Origin: Calditrichota bacterium
Lineage (GTDB): Bacteria; Calditrichota; Calditrichia; Calditrichales; J004
DNA: 64,000 bases
Reading direction: 5' to 3'
Assembly: GCA_963723365.1 (NCBI GenBank)
Contig: CAVRRG010000035.1
Coordinates: forward strand, 4,752-68,751
Shown here piece after piece: positions 58,780 through 64,000 of this stretch. Position 1 is the first letter of the stretch. The number at the start of each line of letters is the position of its first letter. The notes under the pieces were generated by a model, which was not told the DNA's origin, searched no databases, and was given only the letters and a program-made list of their open reading frames with translations. The translations under genes were made by a program, and so were the position numbers.

Positions 58780-60120
58780 ATGCAAAAATCATCTTCTGAA
58801 AAAACTCCGTCCTTGCGTCGCGTTCTAGGTGTTTTTGATGGTATCGCGATTCTTATAGGTATTACGATTGGCGCCGGCATCTACTCCACACCGCAAATTA
58901 TCGCCGTTTATCTATCTTCTTTTCCTGAAATCATTACGTTGTGGATTATTGTTGGAATCTTTGTTTATATAGGCGGTTTAGTATATGCAGAACTTGGCAG
59001 CCGCCTGCCCAGCACGGGTGGCGAATATGTATATATCAGCAGAGCTTTTGGGCCTTATGCCGGTTTTATTTTTGGCTGGGCACAGCTATTTATAATACGC
59101 ACCAGTCCGCTTGCCGGGCTGGCTTTAATTAGTGCTAATTATCTTGGATATTTTGTAGTCCTCACACCAATTGGCCATACAATTACAGCACTGTTATTTA
59201 TAGCACTGTTTGGAACTCTAAATTATATAGGTATACAACAAGCCAGTTTTTACCAGAAAGTTTCCACAATAATTAAAATTGGCGGTCTTTTTGTTCTTGC
59301 TGTTAGCGGGCTTGTTTTGGCCGGCGGCGGCGAGAGTTTAATGGAAACAACAGCTGCGCCAACTGCCGATCTTGGTCCTGTCGGCAATATTGTAGCCGCG
59401 CTGATGCTGATCGTTTTTACACATACCGGATGGGACCGTGTCGGTTATGCTGCCGGTGAGATGAAAGATCCTAAACGGGTAATACCCTTGAGTATGTTTG
59501 CGGGTATTGCGATTATTGTTTTACTTTATTGGTCTGTAAACCTGCTTTACTATTATACGTTAGGCATTGAGGGGTTACGCAACAGTACAATTGTTGCCTC
59601 GGACGTTGCTACACAGTTAATGGGACCTTTAGGTGCAGCACTTATATCTGTTTTAGTTATAATCTCGGCTACGGGTAGTATGAATGGAACCATGATGACA
59701 GCACCGCGGGTCTATTACGCAATGGCTCGTGACGGATTATTTTTCAGGTGGTTAAATTTTGTGCATCCTAAATTTCATACTCCTTCCAGGGCGATTATTG
59801 CGCATTGTTTATGGGCGGCGGTTATTCTCATTGTGCGTGGACAGTTTGAAACAATCGTGGCCGGGATGGTTTTCGCTATTCTGATTTTCTACGCCGCCAC
59901 CACGCTGGCTCTTTTCAAGTTCCGGCAAGACGAAAAGCCCGCGGAAGATGTTTACAAAATGCCTTTTTATCCTGTTCTGCCACTTGTTTACCTATTGGGT
60001 ATTTTGAGCTTGATAATTTTAAGGGCTTTTTTTGAATGGGAAAAATCACTGGTTGATCTGACCTTTATTGCAACAGGCATTCCCTTTGCTGTTTATTGGG
60101 TAGCCAGGAGCAGAAAATGA
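58780..60120 (+). CDS. APC-superfamily amino acid permease
   Basis: 446 aa with 12 TM helices and GAGIYSTP and ELGSRLPSTGGEYVY motifs. Confidence 0.85.
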   Translation: MQKSSSEKTPSLRRVLGVFDGIAILIGITIGAGIYSTPQIIAVYLSSFPEIITLWIIVGIFVYIGGLVYAELGSRLPSTGGEYVYISRAFGPYAGFIFGWAQLFIIRTSPLAGLALISANYLGYFVVLTPIGHTITALLFIALFGTLNYIGIQQASFYQKVSTIIKIGGLFVLAVSGLVLAGGGESLMETTAAPTADLGPVGNIVAALMLIVFTHTGWDRVGYAAGEMKDPKRVIPLSMFAGIAIIVLLYWSVNLLYYYTLGIEGLRNSTIVASDVATQLMGPLGAALISVLVIISATGSMNGTMMTAPRVYYAMARDGLFFRWLNFVHPKFHTPSRAIIAHCLWAAVILIVRGQFETIVAGMVFAILIFYAATTLALFKFRQDEKPAEDVYKMPFYPVLPLVYLLGILSLIILRAFFEWEKSLVDLTFIATGIPFAVYWVARSRK

Positions 60121-60193
60121 AGATTATAGTGGCCGGCAGGACCCATTTAGATGACTGGATAAATCTGCGCCTGCAGTTATGGGAAGGAAATTA
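60117..60193 (+). pseudogene. 5' remnant (~25 codons) of an AAC(6')-I-like GNAT acetyltransferase gene
   Basis: MKIIVAGRTHLDDWINLRLQLWEGNYH resembles the N-terminus THLEHWRGLRKQLWPGH of AAC(6')-Iy as I remember it. The ATG overlaps the permease stop (ATGA). Similarity is lost where the convergent gene begins. Confidence 0.35.
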
Positions 60194-61399
60194 TCACACT
60201 TTTAATAATGACCCCCTTTCATTTTTTCCATCCTTAAAAAAACCATTGTATATAAATAACAATCCCGTTAAAAGAAGCATGATAAATGCTATCATAAAAA
60301 AGGGATTTGAAAAAAACAGTATTCCGGTAAAGCGGAATCCCAGGAAAATCTCTGACAGGATGAATCCTGTTAAAAAGAATATTACTCCTGCTTTTGGAAT
60401 AAAGCGCTGCAGCTGTATAACTTTTTCCTGCGCCAGCAAAACAAACAGATAACTGCTGATAACGCCCAGCATGATCAGGTGAATAAAACTGATGATAATA
60501 TCATGATTGTTAAAAGCCAGTTCCGTCAGATCAGGAATAACAGATAAAAATTGTAAAAGAACCTTTGTATTGAAAGCCAGCAGGACGGTAATTGACAAAA
60601 TATTTACTGCCCAAATGTTTTTTAGCTCTTTAAAAATAGAGCTGGAAAAAATAAACCGTAATAAGAAATAAAGGGCCTGCAGCTGCAGGATGGTCGAAAG
60701 CGCCGCCAGGGAGAAATTCCAGGCAGATACGAAGATATTCAAAAGCGAAAGGCAGTAGCCCGGTATAAGTGACCAGGCCATATAAGTATAAAAACGCAGG
60801 GCATCTTTATTGACATTCTTTTCCATTTTTTTGAAAAACAAGGCAAATAGAGCGAATAAAATCCAGCCGTTGTACTGAAAATGAAGATAAAAATAGATGG
60901 CCATCTTATACCAATTTGTTGTGTGAAGACCTGCTGTTTTTATTATGGCCAATGCCCATGGACCAAATGTAGATGCGAATAGCGACCACAAAGCGATTTT
61001 TAAAAATTTTTGTGCAAATGATGATTGTGTTTCTTTTAAGGCAGATAAAAAACTGAAAATAAACCAGTAATTGAGCAATTGAAAAAGGGTTGAAAAAAGA
61101 ATTGAATAAAATCCATAACCCTCCATTAAAAAAGCAACCAGCATTATTGGAATCAGAATTTGGGTGAGTATGATCTGGATTTTAAATTTACCGCCCAAAC
61201 TCTTTGGCAGGAATGCATTTATTAACAGTATAAAAAGAGCGGGGTAAACCCAACCCAGAAAAGCGGTATGTGAATGGGCATGCAAAAGATTGTCATAGGG
61301 CAAAATACTCACACCTGCAAAAATCAGGCGCATCAATAAACCCAGCAAGGCAACAAGCAGCAGGTAAAAGAAATTTAATTTAAGCCATGAATAAAACAT
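60194..61399 (-). CDS. Polytopic (~11-12 TM) membrane protein with recurring His motifs, family unknown
   Basis: 401 aa with LLHAHSHTAFLGW, YLHFQYNGW and FIHLIMLG at helix starts. Any NnrS-like assignment is speculative. Confidence 0.6.
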   Translation of the reverse strand: MFYSWLKLNFFYLLLVALLGLLMRLIFAGVSILPYDNLLHAHSHTAFLGWVYPALFILLINAFLPKSLGGKFKIQIILTQILIPIMLVAFLMEGYGFYSILFSTLFQLLNYWFIFSFLSALKETQSSFAQKFLKIALWSLFASTFGPWALAIIKTAGLHTTNWYKMAIYFYLHFQYNGWILFALFALFFKKMEKNVNKDALRFYTYMAWSLIPGYCLSLLNIFVSAWNFSLAALSTILQLQALYFLLRFIFSSSIFKELKNIWAVNILSITVLLAFNTKVLLQFLSVIPDLTELAFNNHDIIISFIHLIMLGVISSYLFVLLAQEKVIQLQRFIPKAGVIFFLTGFILSEIFLGFRFTGILFFSNPFFMIAFIMLLLTGLLFIYNGFFKDGKNERGSLLKV

Positions 61400-61406
61400 A
61401 AGATGA

Positions 61407-62246
61407 TTATTGATTATTCATTGTGGGAAAAAGATTTCTGTTAAGAGTATAAGGAAACAAGTCAAGCTGCTTATACAATTCAATTAAACTGTGAAACAAT
61501 ATCCTTAATTCCAACGGTTCTTCATACTGGCCATAGGCACAGGTCTTTATAATACCTTCTTTATATTCCAGGCTAAGGCAGCATTTTTGGTCATCGGTCC
61601 AGGGCGCGCGGTATAACTTCTTTAAGCTGCTTAAAGGGAGGTTTCTTATTTGCTGTAATATGTTTTTATACAAGCCTGATGGGATTTTGCCTCTATACCC
61701 CTTTTCCTTCTCGGTGTAATATCTTCCATCAAATAATATATTCTGGGCGCTGTCTATTTCCAGGGCCATCGCCGGGCACGTGCCAAAGCATCTGGAGCTG
61801 TAGAAGCTGATTTTAAGCGGAGTGATACTGTTTTTTTGCTGAATTTTATACAGTGTAACAGACTCGCTGAAGTCCTGGTATTTAGCGAACAGATCTTTGG
61901 CAGATTCAGATATATATAGCAGTTGCAAGCTGTCTTGTGAAAAATTTTTAATTTTAAAATAGATCGTATTGGAATCGAGGAAAGAGGCACTACCTCTTTT
62001 CTGAATAATCAATGTATCAGCTGTTATTTTGTATTTTACAAAATCCCCCCAGGGCTGTTTATAAGCGCAAAGGGAGTCCCTGAAAGAAAAAGAAAAGGAT
62101 CTTGATCTGGAAGCACTTTGGATCGTTTTTGTCTTCCAGTCACCCTGAATTTGTTCCAAAAAAGTGCCTTTATTTAAGACAGGCTTTATTCCGGAACAGG
62201 AAAAAACAAGGACCATTATCAGCAGCAGGAAAATAATATGTTTCAT
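61407..62246 (-). CDS. Lipoprotein with CxGxCP motif (DUF6438-like, tentative)
   Basis: Lipobox VFSC and SSRCFGTCPAMALEID. It ends 7 nt upstream of the membrane protein gene. Confidence 0.55.
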   Translation of the reverse strand: MKHIIFLLLIMVLVFSCSGIKPVLNKGTFLEQIQGDWKTKTIQSASRSRSFSFSFRDSLCAYKQPWGDFVKYKITADTLIIQKRGSASFLDSNTIYFKIKNFSQDSLQLLYISESAKDLFAKYQDFSESVTLYKIQQKNSITPLKISFYSSRCFGTCPAMALEIDSAQNILFDGRYYTEKEKGYRGKIPSGLYKNILQQIRNLPLSSLKKLYRAPWTDDQKCCLSLEYKEGIIKTCAYGQYEEPLELRILFHSLIELYKQLDLFPYTLNRNLFPTMNNQ

Positions 62247-62303
62247 AATATTTCTTTTTTATGAGGCTCATTTCTTCCACTTCAATAATTTCAAAAGTAG
62301 GCA

Positions 62304-62886
62304 CTATTTTTTAGACCATCTCAGCTGTGGTATTTTTTCATTTTTTTCCGATGATTCAATCAGAACGCCTAATCTTTTAAAACGGGTTGTTTCCTGCTTG
62401 GCGCTCATCACCCAAAGAACAGATATTCTTTTGCTGGCAGGAGCCAGTTTTGTATTAAAATATTCCCAGGCCCGGGCATTGGCTTTTATCTTTGCTTCAA
62501 ATGTTTTGTCCAATTGAATATGCTCTAATTCTTTAACTGATTTTGAGGTGTTTTTTTTATTTCTTTTTTGCCACACTTCAATACCTTTTGGCTGCATTAG
62601 GTTCTTTTTCAGCAGCATGTTCAATCTTTTTGATATTAATTTTGCTCCAATGACTGTTGGGTCTGCGCGGTGTAAAGCGGATTTGATAACTTTTGTCATC
62701 AATACTTCTGCGGATACCATCAATCCAGCCAAAACATAAGGCTTCATCAACGGATTGAGACCAGTCAACACTGGGTATTCCAGTGGCCTTTTTGTAATAA
62801 CCTAAAAAAAGTTCCTCTGCCGTTAAATGGTTTTTGATAAACCATTTCCGTAAATCCTGCTGGGTTGCAAAAAATTTTGGTTTCAA
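62304..62886 (-). pseudogene. YdeI/OmpD-associated family gene interrupted by a frameshift near 62600-62630
   Basis: The N-terminal frame (MKPKFFATQQDLRKWF...EALCFGWIDGIRRSIDDKSYQIRFTPRRP) stops at 62578. The expected continuation (LMQPKGIEVW...RISVLWVMSAKQETTRFKRL) is in another frame. Confidence 0.7.
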
Positions 62887-62973
62887 ATAGTGCTGTGCGT
62901 TGATTTTGAGATTGTCAAATCTAAGCGATTGGCAAAAGAAGTGAAAATAAAATTTTATTTATTTTTAACAGCT

Positions 62974-63000
62974 GTAATGGAAATTCCATTACTGTTTTTT
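62974..63000 (+). terminator. Orphan terminator-like hairpin in a divergent intergenic region
   Basis: GTAATGGAA-A-TTCCATTAC has perfect 9-nt arms followed by TGTTTTTT. No plus-strand gene lies upstream. Confidence 0.4.
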
Positions 63001-63120
63001 GCTTTTCCTTTTTTGCTTAAAAGAGTTTATCTTATTTTCAGGAATATCAGACAAACAAAATGAATTAATATAGTTTAATGTGTTCATTTTTAATCAATTT
63101 AAATCAAACTCGGGAACATA

Positions 63121-64000
63121 ATGCATAAATTTATAGAGCTTTGCTCCCTGGATGAGCTCCAGGAAAAAACACCTGCTCCTAAATTAGTTAATGGACTGGA
63201 TTTAGTGCTTATTAAATATGATGGCAATGTTTCTGTTCTTTATGGTCGCTGTTTGCACCGCGGTGCTTTATTGTCCGATGGTCATATTGAGGGGCAAAAT
63301 TTAATTTGTGGTGTTCATGGCTGGGATTACCGCTATGATACGGGGTAAGCGAATATAATAATGATGAAGTTCTGCATAAGTTTAACACTAAAATAGAAAA
63401 GGGTCTTGTTTTTGTGGATGAAGAGGAAATTGACGCTTTTATTGAAGAAAACCCGCAACCTTTTAATCGTGATGAATACCTGGGACAATATGCTGACACG
63501 CATCCTGAATCCACGGAGCCTTATACCGGCTATATTCAGCAGTTGGCAAAAAACGGTCTGAAAAACTATGGGCATCATGGTCCCTCAACGGCTATGGGTG
63601 TTGACAGAAACACTTTACCAAAATGGGAAGATATCCAGTTTTTACCTGCCCAGCTCGCTTCGAGACCCTTGCTGGATGAGGAGCATGTCTCAACAAAGGT
63701 GATTGTTGGACCCAATGCGCAAAAACCGCTTGAATTGGATATTCCCATTGTTTGTCTCAGACATGAGTTTTGGTGCGCTGTCGCGCGAAGCAAAAATCGC
63801 TCTTTCCAAAGGAGCTGAACTGGCAGGAACAGGAATCTGCAGCGGTGAAGGTGGAATGCTTCCTGAAGAGCAGCAAAATAATTCGCGATATTTTTATGAA
63901 TTGGCTTCCGGAAAATTTGGTTTTTCCTGGGATAAAGTAAAAAAAGCACAGGCCTTTCATTTTAAAGGAGGTCAGGGCGCTAAAACCGGAACAGGTGGAC
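63121..64000 (+). pseudogene. Rieske [2Fe-2S] domain fused to a glutamate-synthase-like FMN domain (GltB domain 2); interrupted by two frameshifts; 3' end outside the window
   Basis: CLHRG...CGVHGW is the Rieske motif. The reading frame runs 1 (to 63345), then 0 (63345-63753; LPKWEDIQFLPAQLA), then 1 again (VSDMSFGALSREAK...SGEGGMLPEE...GGQGAKTGTGG). Confidence 0.7.

Noticed and set aside
60096-60452. 118-aa plus-strand ORF downstream of the APC permease, considered as a real gene.
   Set aside because: Only the first ~25 codons after the internal ATG (60117) resemble anything (a GNAT N-terminus). The remainder is antisense to the well-formed TM helices of the 401-aa gene. I treated it as a gene remnant, not a CDS.
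63340-63348. Programmed -1 ribosomal frameshift at ACGGGGTAA in the Rieske-GltS gene.
   Set aside because: There is no canonical X_XXY_YYZ slippery heptamer and no obvious downstream stimulatory structure. A second, opposite shift is required 408 nt later. Mutation or homopolymer sequencing error is more parsimonious.
1-64000. Search for CRISPR arrays, IS elements, integrases, prophage genes, toxin-antitoxin pairs or known defence-system components.
   Set aside because: I saw no direct-repeat/spacer arrays. No ORF carries transposase DDE, tyrosine or serine recombinase, helicase-nuclease, TIR, SIR2, reverse transcriptase or cyclase motifs. The tRNA-Thr at 5544-5616 has no adjacent integrase or att-like repeat.

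Overview
Low-GC (~38-40% by eye) bacterial chromosomal segment, densely coding, about 65 credible CDS plus one tRNA. I found no rRNA, CRISPR array, transposase, integrase or phage genes. The gene content suggests an FCB-group organism (Ignavibacteria/Bacteroidota-like): many lipoproteins, TSP3-repeat outer-membrane proteins and a Sec-type NosZ. That placement is inference only. The main feature is a complete clade II (atypical, Sec-dependent) nitrous-oxide reductase cluster on the minus strand at 22.2-31.6 kb. Its order is TlpA-like thioredoxin, monoheme cytochrome c, Rrf2 regulator, nosZ, nosB-like membrane protein, nosL, nosD, nosF, nosY and a fasciclin lipoprotein, followed by a strong terminator. 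Housekeeping genes include a partial tnaA/tpl-like lyase, dus, apbE, RNase G, rplU-rpmA, metH, murI, dapF and tRNA-Thr(CGU). Candidates for undescribed biology are: (1) the nos accessory genes (embedded Rrf2 with a palindrome, fasciclin, TlpA-like protein); (2) a translationally coupled NHL-propeller plus 1192-aa outer-membrane protein pair; (3) a 5-7 gene operon rich in C-N hydrolases (PLD, VOC, GNAT, ureohydrolase, nitrilase, atypical SDR, secreted amidase); (4) a U32 protein coupled to a ferredoxin; (5) a ferredoxin-YgfZ-DUF2203-Dus-DUF971 operon. The last 4 kb (60.1-63.8 kb) holds a gene remnant and three frameshifts. This is either local gene decay or a local drop in sequence quality. All family assignments rest on motifs read by eye in the supplied translations. 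No database search was run.
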